Positions 7,351 to 17,045 of a DNA stretch of 38,928 bases are shown in pieces. The position numbers were made by a program, and so were the translations under genes. How positions within the stretch are numbered: the first letter of the stretch is position 1; the number at the start of each line of letters is the position of its first letter. The DNA is taken from positions 1-38,928 of the IMG/VR virus record IMGVR_UViG_3300030097_000525; one strand, written 5' to 3'. The notes beneath the pieces were generated by a model. That model ran no database searches. It was not told where the DNA came from and saw only the letters and a program-made list of their open reading frames with translations. The DNA is from a virus. Taxonomy: Duplodnaviria > Caudoviricetes.

Positions 7351-9769
7351 TGAACCCGGATTTTGGAGTGAAGAAGGTTTCCCTTATCCGCTACTTGCCC
7401 TTGGACAAACATTTCCACGCGGTTATCAGTATCAGAGTGAACGCACTCCTTACAAGAGAGACGCTCGAGGTGATTGGGGCAGAGCACTGAACGAGAGCAT
7501 AGATCAGTTCTTCGGAATGTGGCCTCAGTATATGCAGCAGAAAAGACAATTTGCTTTGCAGAGGGATCAGCTTAACAGACAACGCATGTCTGATAAGCAT
7601 CAGGCAAAGCTTCGTCCTTTTGAGTTGAAGGAAGCAGAAGCAGCAGATAAGCTTCGACAACAACAAATGCAGATGCGGGAGGACTATCCTCAACAGGTAA
7701 AGGGTCTTAAAGTCTCGGATGAAATTAAATCATACCTGCTAACGCAAACTCCTGAAGCAGGGAATAAGTTTCTCCAGACTTATTACACTCACAAGGCGAA
7801 GGCGAAGGGTAAAACAAAATTTATAAAGGCAGGTCAACCAGACAGTCGAGGGATTATCCGCAGACTAGACGTACAGGAAAAACCAGACGGTACAATAATT
7901 AAAGCTGCTGTTTCTCCAGAAAAAATAAATATTTTCCCCAATGAATTCTTTCCGGGGACAAAACAAAAAAATACTTCTGGTGTTACTATTGAATATAATC
8001 CTGCTGACGGAAGTTTTAGTTATCCTTTAGATAAACCACCAACTCAGGATTTCATTACTGTTGGACCGGGACAAAAATTCCCTGACGGTAGTATAAATAA
8101 CAGTGCTAGAGATCAGCTATTTGATAGAAGAAATAATAAAAAAGTTGCATATGAAGGAACTACACCACAAAAGAAAATAGTTCCTCTTTCAATACATGAT
8201 AGAAGGGCAGATGCTTTCCCTGCGTGGCAACGTCCTTTTCTTCAATTAGATATGACTCACGGTGGAGACGGGGAGGTAATTGTTTCTGATGCTGCAAAGA
8301 CTGCTCCTAAGAATCTGGTTCCTGTCCCCAAGGATGACCCCCGGTTAAAGAATTATTATCCTGACGAACTTGCTCATTTACAACTTGATAAAAATAATAA
8401 TCAGATTGTTAAAGATCCGGGTTTTACATTACGCGAGAAAATAGTAAATGTTCCAGCGGGGGGATTATATCCTGACGGGAAGACTAAGAATAATTTAAAA
8501 GTTCCTGTCCAAGTTAATAGAAGTGGGGTAGCGACTACACCTGAAGGGAAAGCTCCTCAAGAAGAGTTTGTTCGTGTTCCTGAAGGTGATTCCCGGTTAA
8601 ACGCTTATCCTGAAGCACTGCATCAGTATTTACATATTAACAAGAGAAATAACCAGATTTCCTTCCACCCAAGCTTTTCGAGGGAAATGCAACAACTTGT
8701 ATTAAAAGAAGCGAGGCCAAGTGCAACTCAAAGATTTTCAAAATGGCTTAAAGTACCGGGTAATCAAGTACAATCTTTCGCAGATTTGGAACCTTGGACA
8801 GGAACAAGTCTCGAAAGTAAACTCTGGTTTGCAACGCAGAATCTTGAACCAAATCACCCACTACATATCGATGCTCAGAATCAACTTAATCTCAAGCATG
8901 TTAAAGTTACGCCTAATGCAGTTATTGTTGGTAGAGGATATAAAGATCCTTCCAGACCTGACGAAGCTAAAAGACTTCCTGAACCAACTACTGAAGAAAT
9001 ACTTACCGGGGATACCGTTTCTAGCTTGGCTGAGAGATTTGGCACAACGGAGTCACAAATAATTGCTGCAAACCCGGATTGGTTTGACAAGGATATGAAC
9101 GGGAAGGCAAACGTTTTGAGCATGAGAACCTCAGAGCAAATGGAGGATGCTGAAATGATAATCCCCACCGGGAAAAGTAAGCTGAGTCAAAGTCAGATTA
9201 ATGAAGCACACAGTAGTAGGAGGAGAGCAAGAGTATCTGAAATGCCTTACGGCACTATAATTCCTATACAAACAGCAACAGTGGGTGACGGATTAAGGTT
9301 GAACACTGAGCGTTTGGATATGCAGAATATTCAGAAGTCCGTGAAGGATTTCGTTGAACTAATGCAAAATCCTAAAGCACGAGGTTTTGGAAAGATTGGA
9401 AAAAAGGAAAAAGGTGAACTTGAAGGAATCAGGCAACGATTAATTAACAACGTTCAGGTGCTTCGTGACTACGGTGTTCTGTCACCTTCCGAAATCACAA
9501 ATATTGAAAGATCTGTTCCTCCAGTGAACTCTATCATTGCTCTCATGACTCGGGGGTTGGGATCAGATCAATTTGTTATAGGTGCTATGAATAAGCTTTA
9601 TGAGGAAGCAGTTAATCGTCAGAGACAACTTGAGTCACTAATAAAGTTATATGGTGCTCCTATAACAGACTATGAAAGGTATAGTGGTGGAGTCCCCGGA
9701 TATGACGCAACAAGTGGAGGTAGTGAAATAGAAATTTTGGATGATGAGTTAAATTCTTTCGGAGGCTAA
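7343..9769 (+). CDS. Large ejection protein with internal repeats and a LysM-like domain
   Basis: Probable ATG at 7343 (MANEPG); Q-rich coiled coil; GDTVSSLAERFGTTESQIIAANP is LysM-like. Confidence 0.65.
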   Translation: MANEPGFWSEEGFPYPLLALGQTFPRGYQYQSERTPYKRDARGDWGRALNESIDQFFGMWPQYMQQKRQFALQRDQLNRQRMSDKHQAKLRPFELKEAEAADKLRQQQMQMREDYPQQVKGLKVSDEIKSYLLTQTPEAGNKFLQTYYTHKAKAKGKTKFIKAGQPDSRGIIRRLDVQEKPDGTIIKAAVSPEKINIFPNEFFPGTKQKNTSGVTIEYNPADGSFSYPLDKPPTQDFITVGPGQKFPDGSINNSARDQLFDRRNNKKVAYEGTTPQKKIVPLSIHDRRADAFPAWQRPFLQLDMTHGGDGEVIVSDAAKTAPKNLVPVPKDDPRLKNYYPDELAHLQLDKNNNQIVKDPGFTLREKIVNVPAGGLYPDGKTKNNLKVPVQVNRSGVATTPEGKAPQEEFVRVPEGDSRLNAYPEALHQYLHINKRNNQISFHPSFSREMQQLVLKEARPSATQRFSKWLKVPGNQVQSFADLEPWTGTSLESKLWFATQNLEPNHPLHIDAQNQLNLKHVKVTPNAVIVGRGYKDPSRPDEAKRLPEPTTEEILTGDTVSSLAERFGTTESQIIAANPDWFDKDMNGKANVLSMRTSEQMEDAEMIIPTGKSKLSQSQINEAHSSRRRARVSEMPYGTIIPIQTATVGDGLRLNTERLDMQNIQKSVKDFVELMQNPKARGFGKIGKKEKGELEGIRQRLINNVQVLRDYGVLSPSEITNIERSVPPVNSIIALMTRGLGSDQFVIGAMNKLYEEAVNRQRQLESLIKLYGAPITDYERYSGGVPGYDATSGGSEIEILDDELNSFGG

Positions 9770-12294
9770 TGGCAGAAGCAGCAACTAAACAAGTATCAAA
9801 TTGGGAGGGGGTTTTGAATCCCTTCACTAATACCTTTGACCGAATCCGGGCAGATGTAGATGCTATTCTTGCACAGCAGAGACAGGTCACTGAACAATAT
9901 CCTGATCAGGCCGAAGCAATTAAAAGAATGGCACTTGATCAAATTCACGCAACCCTTGCAGACGCAGGTGTCTCACCTGATGAATATCGGAAAACACTAA
10001 AAACCGAAAAACAGTATAGCCTCGACTTCGGAGATGATCCTTTCACATACACAAAAGGAATTGCTCGAGCACTTGGTCAGGGTTTATTCTTGGGTGCTGG
10101 TGACGAGTTAGAAGCATTCGTTACTCACATGATCAAGAACAAGCTGATGCTTAATGAAAATAATACTGAGCAGACCTATATGGAAGTGCTTGCAGATATT
10201 CAGGCAGGGATTTCTGCATTTGAGAAAAAGAATCCCGGTGTCTCTCTTACGTCTGAAATTATCGGTGGACTTTACTTTCCGGGTTACACAGCAGGAGTTC
10301 GGGCAGCACGGGGTCTAACCAAAGGTCTCAAGCTTGGTCCGGGTGGGAGAGAAGCTGCTGCACAAGGTCTTGTTGGTGCAGGTGCAGGTACTTTCTATTC
10401 TTATGCAAAGGATCGGGAGGTCAGTCCTTTTGATCCACTTATTGCAGGAGGAGCTTCTGCAGGATTCTCAAGACTCTTAACTAAATCAGGAGAACTCAGA
10501 AGGGGAGCAGACGCAGATATTGCAGAATCAAAACTCACACAGATATCAGGTCCGGGGGGAGTACTTCAGGATCAACCGATTTCTTTGGGAACCAAGATCA
10601 AGAGCAAGCTTCCAAATATTCCTGCTGCACCCGGTGGTCCTCCGGGTAAACCTCCCGGTGAATTAGGTGCTCCGGGTAGTCAAGGATTTCACGAAGCTGC
10701 AATGAGAGAAATAATTCAGGCAGCAGATGACGAAGGTGTTACGTTTGGAGATCTCCTTATGAGGTTAGATGATTACGTTAAGGCAAATCTTGGTGAACAT
10801 GTACGCACAATTGACTTAGTAGATGAGGGAGGTGACATTGCAAGGACTATAAGAGGTCTGACAATTGATAACCCCAAAGCATCTGCTTCTAAGAAATCTT
10901 TTCTAAAGAGACAGATAGAAGCAAAGCAGAGAACGATTCCAAAAATCTTTTCTCTGTTTGATCCTGAAGGAAAAATGAATGTAGAGGGAATTAATAATAA
11001 TATTCTTAGGTGGGTTAACAAATCAAAAGATATCAGGCAGACAAAAGCTCAACCACTCTATGACGAGTTTGACAAGTTAACTCTCTTCGATCCGACAAAG
11101 GGAGGGGGGAACCCACTTGGGGAACAGTTGTGGAATCGGATCAATACTGCAATGGAATATGATAAAGGTATTAAGAAAGCTTGGACTTCTGCAGCAGGTA
11201 AACTTGCGTGGAATGATCCCCGGCTTGCACACACCCTGCACGAAAATATTTTAACAGGGAAGCGCTTTGACGCTTTCAAGAAAAAGCTTGACGGTCAAAT
11301 AGGAGAACTACTTGCAAAAGGTAATGTGCAGGAAGCTAAAGACTTGATAATTGTTAAGAATGAAATGCTCCAAATGGTGGATACGATTGTTGAGCAGAGT
11401 ACAAAGGCAAAACCGGGGCAGGGTGTGTATCAGCAGGCAAGGAATATTTACTCAGGATCTCACGGTGCAGATAGTGCTTTTGAATTAGGAACAGGAGCAG
11501 TTAAATCTCACAAGGGTTCTAACTATTCGTCAGACGAATTTGAGGTGCTCTTTGATAAGCTAACTGATTCTGAAAAAGCTTTTACTAGACTAGGTTTTGG
11601 TCAGGCATTAAGAGAAGCACTTGAGAGTGATATGACTGAGCTTACACCAAACGTTAGGAAGTTAATTTTGGGAGGTGCTAAACCGAATCACCTTGAGAAA
11701 AAATTCCACTATGTGTTTAAACATGATTTCAAAGCACCTAATATTGCAACGTCAAAAGGCATGATAAAAAGTGGCAAGGAACGTTCAAAAGAATTTGTTA
11801 ACGTATTAAATAAAGAAGCAAAGTTCTTAAAGTCCTACCGCGCACTTTTTGGTGGTTCTGATACTGCTGCGAAAATGTCTGATGTAAACAGATTAACTAA
11901 CAAACTTTCTGACGTAGTTCAAACCGCAGCCGACTTAGGACCGGAGGCTTTAATTAGAGGAGGTGTTCCTTCAGTAGGATTATTCTCCAAAGCAGGGCAG
12001 TTTGTTACGTCAAAATTTTCTGAAGCAAAGCGCAGGCAACTTGCTCGCGAAAAATATGGTGGTGAGATTGCCGAGATGCTAATGAGAGAGGGTGGAGATA
12101 TTAAAGCTTCAAAGCTCAAACAAACTCTTGAGGATCTAGAAAGATATAAGAAGCAACTCGATCTTGAAAACTATAAAGGCTTGTTTGGTTACAAACCTTA
12201 CAAACAGATCCCAAGGCTCGGAAGATATTCCCTGCTTCAACCCGGTCCGATCCCAGAGGTTTCATTCCCTATTGACGTACTCGAGAACAGGTGA
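9769..12294 (+). CDS. Large DNA-ejection / internal virion protein
   Basis: ARALGQGLFLGAGDELEA and GGSDTA motifs are typical of podovirus injection proteins; last gene of the late operon. Confidence 0.7.
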   Translation: MAEAATKQVSNWEGVLNPFTNTFDRIRADVDAILAQQRQVTEQYPDQAEAIKRMALDQIHATLADAGVSPDEYRKTLKTEKQYSLDFGDDPFTYTKGIARALGQGLFLGAGDELEAFVTHMIKNKLMLNENNTEQTYMEVLADIQAGISAFEKKNPGVSLTSEIIGGLYFPGYTAGVRAARGLTKGLKLGPGGREAAAQGLVGAGAGTFYSYAKDREVSPFDPLIAGGASAGFSRLLTKSGELRRGADADIAESKLTQISGPGGVLQDQPISLGTKIKSKLPNIPAAPGGPPGKPPGELGAPGSQGFHEAAMREIIQAADDEGVTFGDLLMRLDDYVKANLGEHVRTIDLVDEGGDIARTIRGLTIDNPKASASKKSFLKRQIEAKQRTIPKIFSLFDPEGKMNVEGINNNILRWVNKSKDIRQTKAQPLYDEFDKLTLFDPTKGGGNPLGEQLWNRINTAMEYDKGIKKAWTSAAGKLAWNDPRLAHTLHENILTGKRFDAFKKKLDGQIGELLAKGNVQEAKDLIIVKNEMLQMVDTIVEQSTKAKPGQGVYQQARNIYSGSHGADSAFELGTGAVKSHKGSNYSSDEFEVLFDKLTDSEKAFTRLGFGQALREALESDMTELTPNVRKLILGGAKPNHLEKKFHYVFKHDFKAPNIATSKGMIKSGKERSKEFVNVLNKEAKFLKSYRALFGGSDTAAKMSDVNRLTNKLSDVVQTAADLGPEALIRGGVPSVGLFSKAGQFVTSKFSEAKRRQLAREKYGGEIAEMLMREGGDIKASKLKQTLEDLERYKKQLDLENYKGLFGYKPYKQIPRLGRYSLLQPGPIPEVSFPIDVLENR

Positions 12295-12295
12295 A

Positions 12296-12577
12296 TGTAA
12301 GGAGTGTGTAACACCTTGAACTAAAAAAAGAAGTGTAAGGGGTGTCCCGAGAAAGTTCTTTTGTGTCAACTGCAAGGGATTACAGAGGTTTAAAATATAA
12401 GATATTATGCATCATAATCTTATTATACTGTCATAGGTTAAAGTATAAAGTGAGTAATTGCAAGGGTTTTCAAGGGTTTAGGCTTTTTATTTTGATTAGG
12501 TAGGTAGGAAATGTAAGGGGTTATGTAAGGGGTTAGAGAAGTGTAAGGGGTGTCCCCTGTCCCCTCAAGGGACACCC
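12296..12577. promoter_or_regulatory. Putative attP: arm-type direct repeats around an AT-rich core
   Basis: TGTAAGGGGT at 12334, 12512, 12524 and 12542, with a variant at 12296. Exact 20-bp repeat at 12329-12348 and 12537-12556. Non-coding, downstream of the integrase operon. Confidence 0.65.
12548..12577. terminator. GC-rich hairpin between convergent operons (possible terminator)
   Basis: GGGTGTCCC-N12-GGGACACCC perfect 9-bp stem; no strong U-tract. Confidence 0.35.
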
Positions 12578-12583
12578 TATTAG

Positions 12584-12841
12584 TTACTTTTTCCGAGTGA
12601 AAGCTACAGGAGGTCCGGGCCAAGCAGAGTTATCATTTGCTGATCTGGCATTCTGCCTAACCCAAGCTTTCCCCCCTTTTATCCTATAATAAATTCCGTC
12701 ATCCTCTACAGATTTATACAGGCATTTCTCTTCATCGACTAGGTAGAATTCGTCTGCGATTAATTCCACCTCACCTAATTTTTTGAGGTCTTGAAAAATC
12801 CCCCACTCGGTCTTCTTGTCAGTCATTGATTTTTTCTTCAT
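12584..12841 (-). CDS. Hypothetical protein coupled to the integrase
   Basis: ATGA overlap with the integrase stop; GGAGG RBS. Confidence 0.65.
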   Translation of the reverse strand: MKKKSMTDKKTEWGIFQDLKKLGEVELIADEFYLVDEEKCLYKSVEDDGIYYRIKGGKAWVRQNARSANDNSAWPGPPVAFTRKK

Positions 12842-14214
12842 GCAACCTCCAATAATTTAGGTTTAGGATTAATTACGATTAACTTATTTTTAGGTTCCTG
12901 ATTCCTGGCATTCTTCACCCACTTCTTACCAAGCTGATTCTGCTTTTCCTCAACAACATGATTCACTCGGTTTGAGTTGAGATATCTTTTTGTCGTTTCG
13001 AGCAGTTCGTGACGCAGGAAAGTTTTTACAATATATATGTCCCCGGTAATCTCGAAAAGTTCGATTGCCCCGGTGTGACGAAATGCATGCCAAGGTTGAC
13101 GATCAAAAATGCCAAGCTTGTTCAGCTTCTTTGAGAATTTATTTGTGTATGTACAAAGAACTGAAAACCAAGGTGCTCCTGAAGGTTTTGCGAGAATAAA
13201 TTCTTCAGGATCTCTCCCTTCAAAATCCTTCTCTAAAAAGTCAATCAGGATATCGTTAGAAGCATACAGAGTTCCAACACTCCCTCCTTTTTCAGACAAC
13301 TTATATCCCTTTGCCTTTGGAAGTTTGAAGTGTGAATGCGTTGAACTGTCTTTAAACCAGTGCTTGATTTGAAGGTTCGCAATTTCATGAACCCTCGCAC
13401 CAGTAAACCTGGCAAGATAAAATCCTCGAAGGAAGTTTTTCTCCTTACCACTCTCATAAAGTTCCCGAGCATTAGACTCAAAAGTATCTAGTTCCTCTTC
13501 AGTAAAAGGAACACTTTCAGGTTTAGGCTGCGGAACCTTTGGGTAAAGTGGGACGTTCTCAGTATATCCCTTTAGCTGCAGATACTTGAAATATCTTTTG
13601 ATCTGCCCCTGAATAAGATACAAGGAAGCTTCCGCAGTGTTACCCTTCTCCACTGAATCCCTCAAAGCTGAAATGATCTTGAATCCTGTACCGTCAAACT
13701 TGAACTCAAGCTCATCGAAGCGAAAATCACCAAGCCTTTTTGTGAATCCCGAATCATGAGTTATAAGGAGATCCAAAGCTTTTGACTGACAGGTCCGATA
13801 AGTGTTCAGTGTATTTTTATTTTGAAGCTCAATTGAGACATAATCATAATAGGCTTCAAGTGCCTCGTCAAGAGTCGTTGCTGATAGGTTGGAAGTTGCT
13901 TCCTTTGTTGCCTGCTTGATCGTGATAAAGTCTTCACGCTTTTTGAGGAGTGCAGAACGAAGTGCGTTGTGGAAACGAACCTGTTTTGAGGAATAGGAAG
14001 GTTTGGGGTGCTCATTATCAACAGCAAATTCTGCTGCTGCATAATCAAGTTTTCCCGCAGTGGTTGCTGATATCCTCCGAGCGTATTCTCGGAAGAGAGA
14101 AAGGTTAGCAAAAAGCACAGTTTGTGAAGGAAGGTTAGGACCGTCCGACTTCCTGAACTTTGCAACCACGTTTTGTCGTGGTCTGAATATTGAGATTGTT
14201 TTGAAAGCACTCAT
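12838..14214 (-). CDS. int: Tyrosine recombinase / integrase
   Basis: Catalytic motifs FTGARVHEI (R), WHAFRHT (HxxR) and LRH..TTKRY (H,Y); AAGGAG RBS. Confidence 0.93.
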   Translation of the reverse strand: MSAFKTISIFRPRQNVVAKFRKSDGPNLPSQTVLFANLSLFREYARRISATTAGKLDYAAAEFAVDNEHPKPSYSSKQVRFHNALRSALLKKREDFITIKQATKEATSNLSATTLDEALEAYYDYVSIELQNKNTLNTYRTCQSKALDLLITHDSGFTKRLGDFRFDELEFKFDGTGFKIISALRDSVEKGNTAEASLYLIQGQIKRYFKYLQLKGYTENVPLYPKVPQPKPESVPFTEEELDTFESNARELYESGKEKNFLRGFYLARFTGARVHEIANLQIKHWFKDSSTHSHFKLPKAKGYKLSEKGGSVGTLYASNDILIDFLEKDFEGRDPEEFILAKPSGAPWFSVLCTYTNKFSKKLNKLGIFDRQPWHAFRHTGAIELFEITGDIYIVKTFLRHELLETTKRYLNSNRVNHVVEEKQNQLGKKWVKNARNQEPKNKLIVINPKPKLLEVA

Positions 14215-14468
14215 ATTACTCCTTTTGAAGTGGCCTCCTTGAGACCGGGTTAACTCATTTATATAAAATGAGATTTAATTTTAAACTATTTCGACAAAAA
14301 CCTCAAGCAAAAAATGTAAAATAATGAAAATAAATGAAAATAATTTATTTCCTCAATGATTTCATGAGGATAAATAGTGAAATAATTTGGTGTAAGGGGT
14401 GTAACTCCTGACATTTTCTATCTTTTTTTAAAGCTTGAGGTTTCTTCAAAAAAAAGTAAAATAAGTTG

Positions 14469-14497
14469 TTGACAATGTTTTTATTTAGGAATAGAAT
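14469..14497 (+). promoter_or_regulatory. Sigma70-type early promoter
   Basis: TTGACA-17 bp-TAGAAT with an upstream A-tract; predicted start near 14504. Confidence 0.8.
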
Positions 14498-14554
14498 CAG
14501 TATATGGCAAATCAATTGCATTGTCAGAAGGAGCAGTTTTGGAATTAACATTAA

Positions 14555-14615
14555 GGGGGGGTGGTCTCAATTCAGGGACTGTGGAATTTGCTCCTTTCAC
14601 CACATATGCCCCCCT
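14555..14615 (+). ncRNA. Structured leader element (three-way junction, anti-SD loop)
   Basis: GGGGGGU/GCCCCCC closing stem with two internal hairpins; a loop carries UGCUCCUUUC. Confidence 0.45.
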
Positions 14616-14672
14616 CATATTTGAAACAAGGAAGTATGAACTGACGTTATATTTGTAACTGAAAGGAAAAAT

Positions 14673-15746
14673 ATGAGCAAGAAAAAAGAAATTGATATTC
14701 TTTTTAGGTCTTCATTGGATGATGTTAAAGATGTTAAATTCTCCCCTGACATTGAAGGATTTACAGTTGGCACAGAAGGACAGTTAGAAATAGAACCTGA
14801 GTGGTTTCCTGGTGAAGACGATTTCTTTTGTGTTGACAGTTACCCTTCTATCCTCAATTGCACCGAAGCTGAGTACCACAAAATCCAAGCTTTCTCAAAC
14901 TCCTTTGGGTCAACTCTTTTAAATGAAGATCCTTGGTTTCAGAAAGCTTGGACAGGAATAGAACCTTCCAGACCTATGATCTTAGGATCTGCTGCAGAGT
15001 TATATCTTGAATTATTATCAGACTGTATCAAGGACCAGAGTTTCATAGATCTTGACCGAATGAATTGGAAGGTAGGTAAGGTCTTTGAGCATGTTGTCGT
15101 GATGCCCCTGTGGGAAGGCACTGGAGCGCGGAAAAATCAGAAAGCATTCAAGGAAGATAACGAAGATAAGCTGATCATTACTGAAAAGGAATTTGACACA
15201 ATAATGATGATGCTGAAAAGCGCACTCTCAAATAGTCAATTTTGGGAGAGGTTAAACGGAACCTGGCAGACTGTGATCCTGTGGATTGAGGACGGTGTTC
15301 CTATGAAAGCTATGTTGGACCACATTACGCAGAACCTGATCACAAGAAACGTCAAAACGCCCGGAGATCTCAAGACCACTGATATAGGGAATCCCAAAGC
15401 ATTTCATAAAAAAATGTACGACAGGAATTACGATATGCAAGCATACCACTATACAGTGGCACTTCAGTCTCTGTATCCGGAAGAAAAGATAGGTCCTTTT
15501 ATTTGGTATGTTTTAGAAACTCAAGATCCCTATGGCAGTGCGGTTTATTATGCAGACGAAGTTGTGCTTGAATCTGGAAGAGCTAAACGTGCTCGAGCTA
15601 TTGAAATAGCCAAGCAGCTTCACAAGAAGGGGGAGCTTGCAGAGTTCCCTAATTACTCACCTGACTTTCCTAAAGAGTTCACCCTTTGGGATTGGCAGAT
15701 AAACAAAAGCCTCAGAATGGAGCAAGAAAATGAGACAGTTAACTAA
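14673..15746 (+). CDS. RecE / exonuclease VIII-like PD-(D/E)XK exonuclease (DUF3799-like)
   Basis: KAMLD..DLKTT..YDMQAYHY motifs; adjacent to RecT. Confidence 0.85.
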   Translation: MSKKKEIDILFRSSLDDVKDVKFSPDIEGFTVGTEGQLEIEPEWFPGEDDFFCVDSYPSILNCTEAEYHKIQAFSNSFGSTLLNEDPWFQKAWTGIEPSRPMILGSAAELYLELLSDCIKDQSFIDLDRMNWKVGKVFEHVVVMPLWEGTGARKNQKAFKEDNEDKLIITEKEFDTIMMMLKSALSNSQFWERLNGTWQTVILWIEDGVPMKAMLDHITQNLITRNVKTPGDLKTTDIGNPKAFHKKMYDRNYDMQAYHYTVALQSLYPEEKIGPFIWYVLETQDPYGSAVYYADEVVLESGRAKRARAIEIAKQLHKKGELAEFPNYSPDFPKEFTLWDWQINKSLRMEQENETVN

Positions 15747-16677
15747 GCTAACTAAAGAAGTAGTGCTAAAGCACTGCAATATATACGATGAAGAATTCAG
15801 GGTTACAGTACCTGATCCTTCCTTTAATCTGCAACGCACATATGAAGTAGCTGCTGCAGAAGTTCAAAAGAATAAGAGACTACAGGAGTGCAGCATTGAA
15901 AGCATACTGGAGTCAGTTAAGCAGGCTTGTTATTTGGGACTAGAACCTTCCTCAGTAACAGGTGAAGCCTACCTAGTTCCCTACGGTTCCAAGTGTACCC
16001 TAGTTATAGGTTATAAAGGTCAACTCGAATTAATGTATCGTGGTGGTCATGTTACTTCGGTTTGGGCATATCCTATATATGAGTCAGATCTACCAAACGT
16101 TGACATTCAACTTGGAACCAATCCCCAAGTAAAACACTCACCAACACTCGGAGCAAGCCGGGGTGAATTAGTTGCTGTTTATGCTTGTGCAGAAATCCCC
16201 AACTCGGATCAGGTTAAATTCGATTTCATGACTCGAGAGGAGTGTGATCGGATCAGAAGCAAAAGTGCAGGAGCACATTCAAAAGCACACCCTTGGAATA
16301 CAGATTATGAAGCAATGTGTCTCAAGAGTGTGATTAAAAAAATGTCTAAGACTATCAGCAAAAAACAGAACGTTCATGCTGAACGTCTTAGTTATGCCTC
16401 TGTTGCAGCAGAGGATACTGGAGAAGGTCAGACTATTACTTTAGGTACTACCGACTTTCAAACTATAACCAATCAAGAGGAGACAGATGAAAAAGGAAAA
16501 GAGTCAAGTGATGAAGGAAGTGGACAAAGCAGTACGAGAAGTCCTATCGAGATCGATAAAGAAAATGCCCCAAAACCAAAGCGAACCCGAGGAAGAAAGC
16601 CAGTTGTTCAGCAAGAAGGATCTCAAAGCAGCATTGAAGAGGGTGCAGAACAGGGAACTAACCTCTCAGCAGCGTAG
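15730..16677 (+). CDS. recT: RecT family single-strand annealing protein
   Basis: LGLEP..GEAYLVPY..IGYKG and PW.TDYEAMCLKSVIK motifs. Confidence 0.92.
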   Translation: MRQLTKLTKEVVLKHCNIYDEEFRVTVPDPSFNLQRTYEVAAAEVQKNKRLQECSIESILESVKQACYLGLEPSSVTGEAYLVPYGSKCTLVIGYKGQLELMYRGGHVTSVWAYPIYESDLPNVDIQLGTNPQVKHSPTLGASRGELVAVYACAEIPNSDQVKFDFMTREECDRIRSKSAGAHSKAHPWNTDYEAMCLKSVIKKMSKTISKKQNVHAERLSYASVAAEDTGEGQTITLGTTDFQTITNQEETDEKGKESSDEGSGQSSTRSPIEIDKENAPKPKRTRGRKPVVQQEGSQSSIEEGAEQGTNLSAA

Positions 16678-16855
16678 ATCTGCACTCAACGTTTACATGA
16701 TAATGAAAAACAGTAATCTTCGCAGTTCAAATCCAAGTTGCAGGATAGGTAAAAACGAGAGAACCACATTCCACGGTGATGACGTGGATTATGCTTATCC
16801 TTATTCTCACAGGTACAACGAAAGTGACTCGGATCGAGGCGCAACAGATGAATAA
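16487..16855 (+). CDS. Hypothetical protein overlapping the recT 3' end
   Basis: GAGGAG RBS before the ATG; 191-nt overlap with recT. Confidence 0.55.
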   Translation: MKKEKSQVMKEVDKAVREVLSRSIKKMPQNQSEPEEESQLFSKKDLKAALKRVQNRELTSQQRRSALNVYMIMKNSNLRSSNPSCRIGKNERTTFHGDDVDYAYPYSHRYNESDSDRGATDE

Positions 16856-17045
16856 GGAAAAAGGGGTAGATTGGGACGAAAAACGGTGGAAACAACACTG
16901 GGCAGGTCTAAGAAAAAGTCAAAAGAAAATGAAAAAGAAGTTTATGTGGTTGGTCCTAAAGGTCTGACTTTTTATGTAGTGACAACCCTTCTTGCCTATA
17001 AAACGAAGGATAAGTTTAAGGGGTTCATAGTCAAAGTAAAGGAAA

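Noticed and set aside
12296-12556. CRISPR-like mini-array
   Set aside because: The repeats are 10-20 bp, irregularly spaced and have no cas genes; they fit arm-type binding sites better.
12438-12623. ORF with TPY repeats
   Set aside because: It is the translation of the TGTAAGGGGT DNA repeats.
14345-14551. Minus-strand ORF as a possible repressor
   Set aside because: Low-complexity translation of promoter DNA with no HTH pattern.
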